In this document: positions 18,356 to 27,800 of the stretch, one piece after another
Position numbering within the stretch: position 1 is the first letter of the stretch
How the letters are laid out: each line of letters begins with the position of its first letter
IMG/VR virus record: IMGVR_UViG_3300033066_000276
Coordinates: 16,097-80,096 of that record
Reading direction: 5' to 3' (one strand)
Length of the DNA: 64,000 nucleotides
Origin: a virus
Lineage: Duplodnaviria > Caudoviricetes
Notes under the pieces: model-generated
What the model was told of the DNA's origin: nothing
Database searches by the model: none
The model's input: the letters and a program-made list of their open reading frames with translations, nothing else
Translations under genes and position numbers: made by a program

Positions 18356-18742
18356 TTATTTCACAACGATGATCTTATATCGAACAACCGGGTTGGTTAC
18401 CACGAACGGATTATTGATTGAGAAATCACCTATTGCTCCAGCATACAAGAACATGCGTTCAAGCGGAACATGGTAGAAGTCCTCCCAAGCGTTACCGTTT
18501 TTGATCTTGACACTAAAGTCAACTGGATGATCTACAACGATGTATAGACCCATTGGAGGAGTGCTGAGGTTAAACTCCATACCAAAGTTGGGTGGATCAC
18601 CATCGTCAGTTGTTAGTTCGCCTTCGATAACCTGGACACCGTCACCTTGCATGGTGATCTTGTTACGAGCGATGTCTTCTTTTTGGTCACCATCGTAGCG
18701 ACGAATTGAGATGTCGAACGACACAGAAGTCTCAGCGGTCAT
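18356..18742 (-). CDS. Hypothetical beta-rich protein (paralogue of 6031..6381)
   Basis: GLYIVVDHPV..MFLYAGAIGDFSINN aligns with LIYLVVDRPI..VFFYTGAVGAVELIN. Confidence 0.6.
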   Translation of the reverse strand: MTAETSVSFDISIRRYDGDQKEDIARNKITMQGDGVQVIEGELTTDDGDPPNFGMEFNLSTPPMGLYIVVDHPVDFSVKIKNGNAWEDFYHVPLERMFLYAGAIGDFSINNPFVVTNPVVRYKIIVVK

Positions 18743-18837
18743 TTCTTCCTCGCTAGCGCCTTGCGCTTACGTCGCCAGTAGCGGTTATCTACGTAGTCTT
18801 CCCACTTGGCAATTTTCCACCACTCAAGTACAGCCAT
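18739..18837 (-). CDS. Small basic peptide (32 aa)
   Basis: MAVLEWWKIAKWEDYVDNRYWRRKRKALARKK; coupled by TAATG upstream and ATGA downstream. Confidence 0.55.
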   Translation of the reverse strand: MAVLEWWKIAKWEDYVDNRYWRRKRKALARKK

Positions 18838-19076
18838 TACGCATCCTTTTTATCGACGTGAATACCTAGACCTTCAAGTTGCTTATGAGCATCTGGGTGT
18901 CCAGTTACAACCACGTTGTAATGCTTGCCGCTACGATCTCCACGCACACCAACAAAATCTGTGACGTGACCTTTGTGTTGCAAGTCAACAAGATTCTCAC
19001 GGAATTTGCTGACGCCGCCTTTGGGGATTCGATATGCCGTAGTCTTGGCAACCTCCCGACGCATTTGATAACGCAC
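18837..19076 (-). CDS. Small basic protein with MRYQM leader
   Basis: 79 aa, coupled to neighbours; starts MRYQMRREVA. Confidence 0.6.
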   Translation of the reverse strand: MRYQMRREVAKTTAYRIPKGGVSKFRENLVDLQHKGHVTDFVGVRGDRSGKHYNVVVTGHPDAHKQLEGLGIHVDKKDA

Positions 19077-19315
19077 TAAACCAATCCTTCTGAGATTAAG
19101 TCAACGGTGAATCCTGAGCGATAGAAACCAGCTTCGCGTAAGGACTTACTCGGTTCCAGTTCTTTCTTACCATGATATAAGACGAGACGATCCCGGTCAG
19201 AGATCAATCGCCTTTGGGCAGCTTCTTTTATCACGTCTGCTACCTTGGCCGAAGCCAAGGCGCTCATTGGTACTACACCCATTTGGGTCCGAACTTGGAA
19301 CCGATACTCATCCAT
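19076..19315 (-). CDS. Ubiquitin-like (beta-grasp) protein
   Basis: Likely ATG at 19315. YRFQVRT..VVPMSALASAKVADVIKEAAQ..DRLVLYHGKKELEPSKSLREAGF..FTVDLI follows the ubiquitin topology (cf. [26 protein letters not shown]); no C-terminal GG. Confidence 0.65.
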   Translation of the reverse strand: MDEYRFQVRTQMGVVPMSALASAKVADVIKEAAQRRLISDRDRLVLYHGKKELEPSKSLREAGFYRSGFTVDLISEGLV

Positions 19316-19336
19316 TGCCAATCCCCTTGGCTAGAT

Positions 19337-19933
19337 TTACCGTTGTAGCATTGAGAAGTAGTCTGGGTTGCGATGACTTGGATTGCCCCTTGGCCTGGGT
19401 ACTTTTGAAAAATCCAAACCAAGCTCTTTTACGATAGAGATATTTGACCTACCTAGAGCTACGTCATTCACCGCCGCCGCGCTACACCCTAATTTTTCCG
19501 CTATCACACGGCAAGGTGTTTCCGCTTTCAAGGCTTTGTAGATGAATTTGATTGCCTTCTTGTTAGCGATCTTACTCATCGACCTGTTTTGCACTTGTTT
19601 TACGGCATCTACCATTCTGATGTTGGAAGGATTGTTGTTCGTGACAACCCTATCCCTGTGGTCAAGTTCCATCTTGTTAGCTTTGAGATACTCCCTAAAC
19701 TCCCAAGATTTTGTGGCTAGGGCGTAAGCAACGTAATGCTCACGAACGTCTAACCTCTGTCCGCTTCCATACAATGAGTAGCGTGGATAACCACACTCGT
19801 CAAAGTTATCAGCGAGTACCCTTCGCGGACCGGTTACCCTTAACCTACCATTGGATAGCAACTTCGCTGTGTATCCGTCAAATGGTTCAGGAAGGCGATA
19901 AGTCTTTCCTACCTTGAGCTTTCGCTTCTTCAT
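19337..19933 (-). CDS. HNH homing endonuclease
   Basis: ELDHRDRVVTNNNPSNIRMV..QVQN motif plus C-terminal HTH; free-standing, overlaps the protease stop (ATGA). Confidence 0.85.
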   Translation of the reverse strand: MKKRKLKVGKTYRLPEPFDGYTAKLLSNGRLRVTGPRRVLADNFDECGYPRYSLYGSGQRLDVREHYVAYALATKSWEFREYLKANKMELDHRDRVVTNNNPSNIRMVDAVKQVQNRSMSKIANKKAIKFIYKALKAETPCRVIAEKLGCSAAAVNDVALGRSNISIVKELGLDFSKVPRPRGNPSHRNPDYFSMLQR

Positions 19934-20715
19934 TTGTTCAACATGCTGAAATAAGAGGGGTTGTCAGCCGTCACGTAAGCCGGGGTGGCGACGCTAGATG
20001 TTTCAAAGCCGATTGGATCGATGGCTCTGTAATAGGCCAGATCGGAGCCGTTGTAGAGGCGATACTGCGGACGTTGCTTATCAACGTGATCGCAACCACC
20101 AGACTTCAATGACTTGGCGCAGATCGAGCACTCGTAATCCTTCACATACGCGCCCATCGAATAGGCGGTACGCTTGCGGGTTAGAATGTCATTGACCAGC
20201 ATTGCGTCCTTGCTGCGATCAAACGCCAGCAACGAAACAACCTTCCACACTGAGCCTTCGTAACCAGTCATTGGACGAATAGCGGTATCGAGGATAACGC
20301 CTTTTGCTTCAACCGGGTTTTGGTTCTGGTGCTCAACGTGCGTGGGTTTGCCGACCCAGGACTTATACATCAAGCAGCCGGTGTCTGGGCTAAATCGCGT
20401 CAGTTCTCTGAACGGGAAGCCAACGCCGTTACGATTTGGCAGTTCCGACGGCATAATCATCACCGGGATGACAACATAGTCAGCTAACGATTTCGAGATG
20501 CGGTACGGCTCAGACGCAAACGGTAACCAGCCACGAACCTTCTTGGTCAGGTCCATGAAGCCTTCGGTGTCCGTCAGCGCATCAACGCCAGCGATAGACG
20601 TGATAGAACGCTTTGCATCTTCCTCGTCACCCTTCATAACCTTGTGAAGCTCAAAGGGGGTAGATGTAACGCTCAAGTCGTGGAACGACATCTCAAGAAA
20701 TTCACGATCTTCCAT
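19930..20715 (-). CDS. Prohead maturation protease (HK97/herpes-like serine protease fold)
   Basis: KPTHVEH (His), AYSMGA (Ser) and FETSSVATPA motifs, with a CSIC..CDH insertion. Confidence 0.75.
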   Translation of the reverse strand: MEDREFLEMSFHDLSVTSTPFELHKVMKGDEEDAKRSITSIAGVDALTDTEGFMDLTKKVRGWLPFASEPYRISKSLADYVVIPVMIMPSELPNRNGVGFPFRELTRFSPDTGCLMYKSWVGKPTHVEHQNQNPVEAKGVILDTAIRPMTGYEGSVWKVVSLLAFDRSKDAMLVNDILTRKRTAYSMGAYVKDYECSICAKSLKSGGCDHVDKQRPQYRLYNGSDLAYYRAIDPIGFETSSVATPAYVTADNPSYFSMLNK

Positions 20716-21389
20716 TACTTCTTTCCCTTCCGTGCCTTACGAGCACGCGCCAACTTGTTGTAACCATTGCGCTGGATTGAACGTTCAATGCGTTTGTTCT
20801 CGGGCGTCATCAGCGCCCAACCTTTATTGAAGCCGATCTGTTCGAGCACTGCCTTCTTGGTGCGAAGCTCTGGAGGTATAGTGTTGGCTATAGAGCTCAA
20901 CTTGTTACGGCTGGCTTGCTTTAGCATGTCATCGATATGGTGAAACTTCGGCCTAATTAATTTTGAGCCTCTGTTCTTATCAACGTACTCTTTATGAGCC
21001 CGCTTTAGGTCGGTGTCCTCAAACCTAAATTTCTTTTCAACCCCGCCTGGACCGATTGACACAATCCCATCTGCGTTCACGCCTTCACCGTTCAAGTGAC
21101 GACGAGCTACGTTCCTAACGTCGCCGAACGAAGGCTTGTTGCGAAAGCCATCCTCTTCATCCTCATTTGGAACCTTTTTGCCAGCTAGATCACGCATCGC
21201 TCGCTTGGCTTCTGTGGCTTCTTTGACTGCCTTGCGAGCCGATCGGATCTTCGCTCGGCTCATACGCAATACCGCTTTTGACGCGCCGGAGTCTTTCAGT
21301 TGGGTGTGCAGGCGTTCGGCATCATGGATAGGGCCAACACTGTCCTCTTCGTCCTCACATTTGCTCGACCGATTGAAGTAGATTCTCAC
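20715..21389 (-). CDS. Basic hypothetical protein with MRIYF leader
   Basis: GTG at 21389 overlaps the upstream TGA, giving MRIYFNRSS; Lys/Arg rich. Confidence 0.6.
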   Translation of the reverse strand: MRIYFNRSSKCEDEEDSVGPIHDAERLHTQLKDSGASKAVLRMSRAKIRSARKAVKEATEAKRAMRDLAGKKVPNEDEEDGFRNKPSFGDVRNVARRHLNGEGVNADGIVSIGPGGVEKKFRFEDTDLKRAHKEYVDKNRGSKLIRPKFHHIDDMLKQASRNKLSSIANTIPPELRTKKAVLEQIGFNKGWALMTPENKRIERSIQRNGYNKLARARKARKGKK

Positions 21390-22264
21390 GCTTTCCTCCA
21401 TTCGATCTCGGCACCACCGGTATCTTTAGCCCAAGTGTTGAGAAACTCACTTGAGATGCCGCCATAGCACTTTTTGAGCCGCCAAATATGCTTGTAAATA
21501 GGGACACCTTCGGCCCTGTCTACTTGCTTACTGACACTGATAACTTGGAAGATGAACGGGACAATGTGACCCAATTCCAAGTTGCTGCTGATGATAGACA
21601 CCTTCTTGATCTGCAATTGCGAGATAAGTTCAGACCAGTTATACAGCACCACGTCTAGGGCTTTGCTACGCGGCAGCAACGAATACAAGACCGGCAACGA
21701 GCGCACGTATTGCTTTTTCTCTTCGTCCATGTCAAGATAGTTGACCATAGTCTTCTCAGTCAACGCTTGCCGCAGCTTCCACTCATCGATCTTCATCATC
21801 AAGTGGGCTTCGTAGATACCGCGCATCAAGTTGGTGACAACGCTATCACATTCATCTTCACCGATGCCCAACTCAGATCTAACGTTACCAGCGAAGATCT
21901 CAGCCGACGGGACCATCTTCTTGTCACGCATCAATAGGAACTCGGCCTCGAAATTTCTATCGGGGTCGATGTTGCGCATCAACAGATTAAGTTGCGGCTG
22001 GTACGGCACGAACTTATCTGGCAACGTGATCTGTGTCACTAGCGGATAGTAGCTACCTTCGTGATTGAGGCGTTGCACGTCTCTTTGAGCCTCAGTAATG
22101 GCGACACTGATGGAATTGTGCGCCACGAAACCATTGTCGAGAACCAGCTTAGCTGGACTCCTCATGGTCATGCGTGACGCAGGGATGCCATACAGCAACC
22201 ACGTATCGAGGTAGACTGACGAGCAGCCTAGCCAGAAGGTAATGGGTTCACTCTTATCAGGCAC
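21386..22264 (-). CDS. Hypothetical protein, possible degenerate ADP-ribosyltransferase fold at N-terminus
   Basis: FWLGCSS..LDTWLLYGI...DNGFVAHNSISVAITEA...YPLVTQI loosely follows the ART pattern (HGT..I...G...GFY.T.S...A..YA...vl.i). Confidence 0.3.
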   Translation of the reverse strand: MPDKSEPITFWLGCSSVYLDTWLLYGIPASRMTMRSPAKLVLDNGFVAHNSISVAITEAQRDVQRLNHEGSYYPLVTQITLPDKFVPYQPQLNLLMRNIDPDRNFEAEFLLMRDKKMVPSAEIFAGNVRSELGIGEDECDSVVTNLMRGIYEAHLMMKIDEWKLRQALTEKTMVNYLDMDEEKKQYVRSLPVLYSLLPRSKALDVVLYNWSELISQLQIKKVSIISSNLELGHIVPFIFQVISVSKQVDRAEGVPIYKHIWRLKKCYGGISSEFLNTWAKDTGGAEIEWRKA

Positions 22265-22269
22265 TACGC

Positions 22270-22557
22270 TCAGTCCTTGTGTATAGGTGTGTCAACGTCA
22301 TCAAAGGTCTTACCATACCAGTTGCGGGTGTAACCTTTGTACGAATGGCCTTTTTTCTTTATGTCAGCTTCGGTATTAGTCCACACTTGTTGGGCTTCAC
22401 GTCTGGTTGTCCCCTCATGGATCTTCTTGCCGTTAAGCTCAACACCATGCAAGACCTTCTTGCCGTCTTTGCGCCGGTACGCCACCAGCTTATGCATTTT
22501 ACCTGCACTAGACACAAGTTTTGGTGCGGCTGTCTCACGCACGAATTGGTAACGCAT
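22270..22557 (-). CDS. Small basic protein with MRYQF leader
   Basis: Starts MRYQFVRETAAP; TAATG coupling. Confidence 0.6.
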   Translation of the reverse strand: MRYQFVRETAAPKLVSSAGKMHKLVAYRRKDGKKVLHGVELNGKKIHEGTTRREAQQVWTNTEADIKKKGHSYKGYTRNWYGKTFDDVDTPIHKD

Positions 22558-22649
22558 TACTTGCCTTTGCCTCCGAGGTACTTTGCCATCTTCCTAAGGT
22601 AGCCACGTCTGATTTTGGATGTCAAGTCTTTCAGACGTTGCTCGAACAT
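22557..22649 (-). CDS. Small basic peptide (30 aa)
   Basis: MFEQRLKDLTSKIRRGYLRKMAKYLGGKGK; TGATG and TAATG coupling at the two ends. Confidence 0.5.
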   Translation of the reverse strand: MFEQRLKDLTSKIRRGYLRKMAKYLGGKGK

Positions 22650-22930
22650 CACTTCTTTTTCTTTGGATAGAGTGAGTTTTCAATTGCACTTTTACGAACT
22701 GACCACGGCTTGCCATGCTTCTTTGAAAGAGCTTTGGCTACCTTTTCGGCTTCGGCTTTGGTATCTAGTAAGCCACTCCACAGATAATTGGTACTATCTC
22801 CTTTGACACCCCCCCAACCCCCATGACCATCGAACTCATAGACAACACTGGCTAATGGCTTAGCCAGATACTTTGTGTAACGTTCAACTAGAGAATCAAT
22901 CTCGTTGGCAAGGGCAAAGAAGTAGCGCAT
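22649..22930 (-). CDS. Small basic protein with MRYFF leader
   Basis: 93 aa, coupled to neighbours. Confidence 0.6.
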   Translation of the reverse strand: MRYFFALANEIDSLVERYTKYLAKPLASVVYEFDGHGGWGGVKGDSTNYLWSGLLDTKAEAEKVAKALSKKHGKPWSVRKSAIENSLYPKKKK

Positions 22931-23890
22931 TTAATTATCCATAAGCTTCAAGACTTTCGGGGCTATCTTCTTAGCCCAATCCTTAGCTACCTTTTTGAAC
23001 GAGGCTTTCCACTTGCTTGGACAGTTGTTGTTGATCGCAAATTCACACTTGCTGTATGCTTCGTCCTCTATCTCTTTAACTGTTACCTTCTTGCTCCACT
23101 TATGATAGTAGGCAAGGGTATCCACACTACAATCCTCTAAGTACGCTGAGTCGAACATATCCTCAAGCTCGTCGAGATCGTAAATACCCTCTTTTCCGAG
23201 TTGCGTCTTTAGCGACTTGTAGAGGTATAAAAGAAAAAGCTCGTCATCACTGGATGATGCCGTCTCCGCAGCCTTCTCTTCCATCAACCTACGATGCCAC
23301 ACTCCTTGATGGTGTACGGCTTCGCGCTTGGTTAGCCCGTTGATCTTCAATTTGCCATCGACACGCACCGCATACTGAGCGCCGTCGTTACCTCCCTCTT
23401 GCCGAAAGGTGACGCGCTTTTTGATATGCGAAGGTATCTCAACCGATGATGCCTCAATCGCTTTCACTTTGTCGTCGCAGCGCTTGCAGATCGGAACATC
23501 ACCGAGGATCGGGTGTGAGCGCGTCGTGGTAGATTGGTTCTTACACAAGGCAAACCAACCACAACCCGGTTTTGCTGCCGCCTTCTTCTCTTGTGCAGCC
23601 AAGCGCTTCTTCATCGCAGGCTTAATACTCTTGCCAAGCGGGGTACGCTTTTTCGCCGCTTGTTCAGCTCGTCTAGCGCCACCGCCTAACATCTCAGCTA
23701 CCCGACGAATAGCCTTTGGGCTTTTTGAGTAGATGCCAATGTGATCGTCGTGCTCGACGTACTGAGAGTGGCCTATGTCACCGAGCTTCTTGCGCGTGTC
23801 ATCTGTCTTGGGAAGGCGCAGCTTATGAATCTTGCCTTCCTCAATGACGACGGCTAAGCTCTCTTTGGTTTTGTCGAACTTACGCATCAC
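22931..23890 (-). CDS. Multi-module basic protein with C4 Zn finger
   Basis: CGWFALC...HPILGDVPICKRC; modules are separated by IEASS and ETASS. Confidence 0.65.
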   Translation of the reverse strand: MMRKFDKTKESLAVVIEEGKIHKLRLPKTDDTRKKLGDIGHSQYVEHDDHIGIYSKSPKAIRRVAEMLGGGARRAEQAAKKRTPLGKSIKPAMKKRLAAQEKKAAAKPGCGWFALCKNQSTTTRSHPILGDVPICKRCDDKVKAIEASSVEIPSHIKKRVTFRQEGGNDGAQYAVRVDGKLKINGLTKREAVHHQGVWHRRLMEEKAAETASSSDDELFLLYLYKSLKTQLGKEGIYDLDELEDMFDSAYLEDCSVDTLAYYHKWSKKVTVKEIEDEAYSKCEFAINNNCPSKWKASFKKVAKDWAKKIAPKVLKLMDN

Positions 23891-24870
23891 TCTTTATCCT
23901 TAACAGCTAACTTCTTGTAGTCTGGTGTTGGGCACTTACCGCGCCGGAATGGATGCATTGCAGTCCATGCTGATTGTTCGCAATTGTGATAAGCGGTAGC
24001 ACAGATCTTCTTGATGTTGTCAGCAGTGAGCGGCTTTGAGAAGTCATTGCCTAGCACAGTAACAATTGCGTTTTTGATCTCATACATAGTGAGAACGCTT
24101 ACTTTGTAGTGCTCACCGTTTGTCTTGCGAGGATGAAAATCTTGCTTCCAAACTTCGATTACCTTATCAAGGATGTCAGCCGGAACGTTCTGAACCGCTT
24201 TGGACTTAGCCTCATCCTCAGGTGAAGGTGGCTTGGCGATATAGCCAACAGGCTTTTCAAACGCATTCTGATCGTAATACTCAGGGTGATAGGACCAATC
24301 GCCTGCGGGAAGCGACTTGAGCACAGGAATTCCAACGTAGCGTTGGTGCGCTTGGATCAACGCCAGTTTGCGTTTTCCATATTCCTCATCCCCGATTTTT
24401 CCACGATTGCGGGAGAGCCAACTCAAACGCCACTCCGTCCGTTTAGTCACATCGTCCCTAAACCCGCCGAAGGATAACGGACGAACCGGCCACATTCCTG
24501 GCTCTGTCCTTTTATTTTCCTTCTTGTTCCACGCTCGAATAGCTTTAACAATCAGGCCAAGCTTGGCATGAGGGATGTCAAAGGTGAGACGATGATTGCG
24601 AGGATCAGAGTAACGCTCGTTTATCTGAACCACCTTTGGTTTGACACCATGCTTTTTAAGTATGGCACTCACTTGGGTAGCTGCTTTTTTATCTGCGGCA
24701 ATGAGGCTGTAGCTGCCTTGGATGGTCTTTGGAAACTTGATCCCTTCAACCGTCTCCAATACCGTGCCTGCTACTTTGGGTTTTGCCTTGGCCTTCTTTT
24801 TGGTTGGATCTCGACGCAAACGTTTAGTGGCTACGTCTTCGTGATCCCGGTTGAAGCTGAAACGCATCAC
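23887..24870 (-). CDS. Basic hypothetical protein with MRFSF leader
   Basis: 327 aa, starts (M)MRFSFNRDHEDVAT; coupled to the portal stop. Confidence 0.65.
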   Translation of the reverse strand: MMRFSFNRDHEDVATKRLRRDPTKKKAKAKPKVAGTVLETVEGIKFPKTIQGSYSLIAADKKAATQVSAILKKHGVKPKVVQINERYSDPRNHRLTFDIPHAKLGLIVKAIRAWNKKENKRTEPGMWPVRPLSFGGFRDDVTKRTEWRLSWLSRNRGKIGDEEYGKRKLALIQAHQRYVGIPVLKSLPAGDWSYHPEYYDQNAFEKPVGYIAKPPSPEDEAKSKAVQNVPADILDKVIEVWKQDFHPRKTNGEHYKVSVLTMYEIKNAIVTVLGNDFSKPLTADNIKKICATAYHNCEQSAWTAMHPFRRGKCPTPDYKKLAVKDKE

Positions 24871-27800
24871 TCTGTCACTCCAAATGCGCTCGGCGTTCTC
24901 ATCGCCAGCCTTTTGATTTCACGCTTGTTGAGTTTGCCGCCGCCAGAAGCAAGTTCAAGTAAGGCCGCAGCGATCTTCTTGTTCTGCTTCTCTTCAAGCC
25001 GCTTTTGGTAAGACGAGGTAGCGATACGACGCTGGCCTCGGCTGTCGCGTTCGTAGACACGATAGCGGTCAGTATCAAACTCACCGCGCGGCTTCTTCAT
25101 CTTGGCATAGGTACGGCCAAACGATTGCAACGCCGCATTCATCTCACGACGATCGGCTTCACTCAGATTGGCCTGCTCCATACCCGGTTGCTGTGGCATA
25201 AACTTTTCAAGCCGGGCCAGTTGCTTCGACACGTCTTTGCGAGTTTGCAAGTCATCGTCGAACTGATCCATAACCTGATCGAGATTCATACCACCGGCGG
25301 CAGCAATCATCCGCAATGGCACTGGCACCCCGTTCTGCGTCATGATCTGCAGGATGTTGAGGTAGGCTTCGTCCGCTTGCGGTTGCAGTTGCTTGTGCCA
25401 GTTGACCGTTGGGATCTGATACTCAGTGATATCCTCGATCTCATTCAGGTCGTGGCCCAAAGAACCATCGCACAACGCCATGTAGTCGCCGTTGCGATTC
25501 TTCATGATATAGGTGCCGCGCGAGCCCCAGATAGGCCGACGATACGGTGAGATGTATTCACCGCGACGACGCAGGCGAGCCCGCTCACTCTTACTCAGTG
25601 AACCATGCGCCTTGAAGCTACGGCCACCATCTTCGTTCTTGAAGTTGTTGGCAACCGCAATCGACGGGAACAGCTTATCGTAGAACAACTCCCGCGTCAC
25701 CATCTGACGATAGCTACGCAGTTGTTCCATGAACACCGACAGGGCGGTTTCTAGTGTATTGTAGCTGGCCTCACCTGAGAGGAAGGTTTCGTTGATGCCC
25801 AGACCCTTGAGCTTTGCCGCTGCAAGGTAATCGTAGACATCCGAATTATGAACGACAATACCATTGGCAACGAAGGAATTTTCTTCTCCCTTAGCCATTG
25901 TCAAATCGTAAGTACTTACGATCTTGCCCTTGGTTATTTCCTTTAACTCAGTGAAGAAGAATTTTCTCTCAAACAAGGCAATTACTTTAGCGTGTTCCGT
26001 GGGAGAAACCTGCTTTAGGATTGAAAGTTGCTGGTCGTATTCTCCATCGACATAATTGTCGTAGCTCCAAAAAGCTCGAAGTTCGCGATTGAAAATGTTG
26101 TAACCTTCAACCTCAATATCCTTTCCATCATCAGTTCTAAGGATTACTCCTACACGACGACCTACTTTCCGTCCGTTTAAGAACGCCCTAATACCGGCAG
26201 TAGGAATACCAGCCGTGTGTTGTGGCCATTGTGGTGTCGCTACTTCTTTGATCTTGTGGGTCAAAAATGGTTGGAGCTTGGAATTTAAGCTATGAGTGGC
26301 ACCACGATTGAACGTAAGAACGTTATTGTGGATATGACTCAAACATCCATGAGACGCCATCATTGTCTGCATCTGACGAAGGTTCTTCTTCGAGGATGAA
26401 GCAATACTAATGTTAGTCTCAGAGATAGTACCATCACCCTCGATGTAACCAGCCAAATAAGCCAACTGACATTCTTCGTTGGCTTGCAAAACTGTGTAAG
26501 GTACTTCTTTGTAGTACGAAGGAGATTTTTTCTTTCGATGGTTCTTCAGGCCAATATGAGTCCAAAACTTGGATAGTAAAGTGCTGCAATATCCAACATC
26601 ATAAAACTCCTTAGTAGAAGTCATACCGGCAGATTCAATACCTGGCGGTCGTGTTCCTCTTCGAGCTTCAATACCAAATTGTTCCAGCATGATAGTGGCA
26701 AAACGATCGGCAAGCTTCTTGTTCGAGTTGCCAAAATGGCTCTGCGTTTTGTCAAAGCTTCCTTCGGACACCATCAAGCCTAAGATGAAAGCCAAGTCCG
26801 TATTCATGTACTTTGGAAAGCGGAGTTCTTTTTCGTTACCATATTCGTTGGCTTCAAACGGAGGCAATTTATATTCAGATTGACGAGTCAACGAATCTGT
26901 AGTGGCACAAAGCAAGTCACCTAATTGGAGGTCCTTACCTTTCTTCCAGACTACTTCGTTATTTTCAAGCACCATAAAGCGGTGTTCTTTGGTAGCAGTT
27001 ATCGTCTGACCATTGGCTGTACGATATTTGAATACAGGTTTTTTGCCTGCATTGGTCCATTCCGCCACTTTGGCTGGACCTTTGCCACCTAGAATACGAA
27101 GAGGTTTGCTGGAATTGTTGATACGATCCTCTAACTCGTCAATGCGAAAGATACCTTCTTCTGTTGGAATAAGGGTATCACCAGCAAGACAGTGTTTCCA
27201 CAGATCATCCCCACGCCGGACTTCGTTAGTCAACACCCCTTGGCGTGTGACGACGACGGCTCCAGTCGGGTCGAGGTTAGCAGTAGCGAAGAGGTTAGCC
27301 CCCGCTTGCATTTCCTGATCGGTAGGTTCCCAGACTTCATCGCCCATCGTGATATGCAAAATCGCCCGTTGGCGGGCGTAGGCTTGCTCCATGGTGCCGC
27401 GCATCAGCGCTTTTTCCATGATCCACAACGGTATCAAACGACGAAACGCCGATGTTCCAATTGACGAGTACGAGAAGGTCTTGCGACCGATGTAAACTGT
27501 GCTGGCTGGATCAAGGGCGATACGATTGCCACCACCACGTCCACCACCGCCGCGATTTGAACCGCCAGTGGACGCACCTTGCACGGCTTGCTTGTAGAAC
27601 TCAGGTAGATTCTTCAACGCCTTCTTGGCGCGATCATCCTTTGAGTTGAATAGCTCGACCAGATTCTTCGGCACCTTCATATCGATGATAGGGTCCATCC
27701 CGTAGATGGGCGTATCAAGGAACTCAAGGTTATCTTGGTTGTGGGTGACGACGTTCGAGAAGATGCCGCGGCTCTTGTTGAACGAGAACGTGCCGACGAA

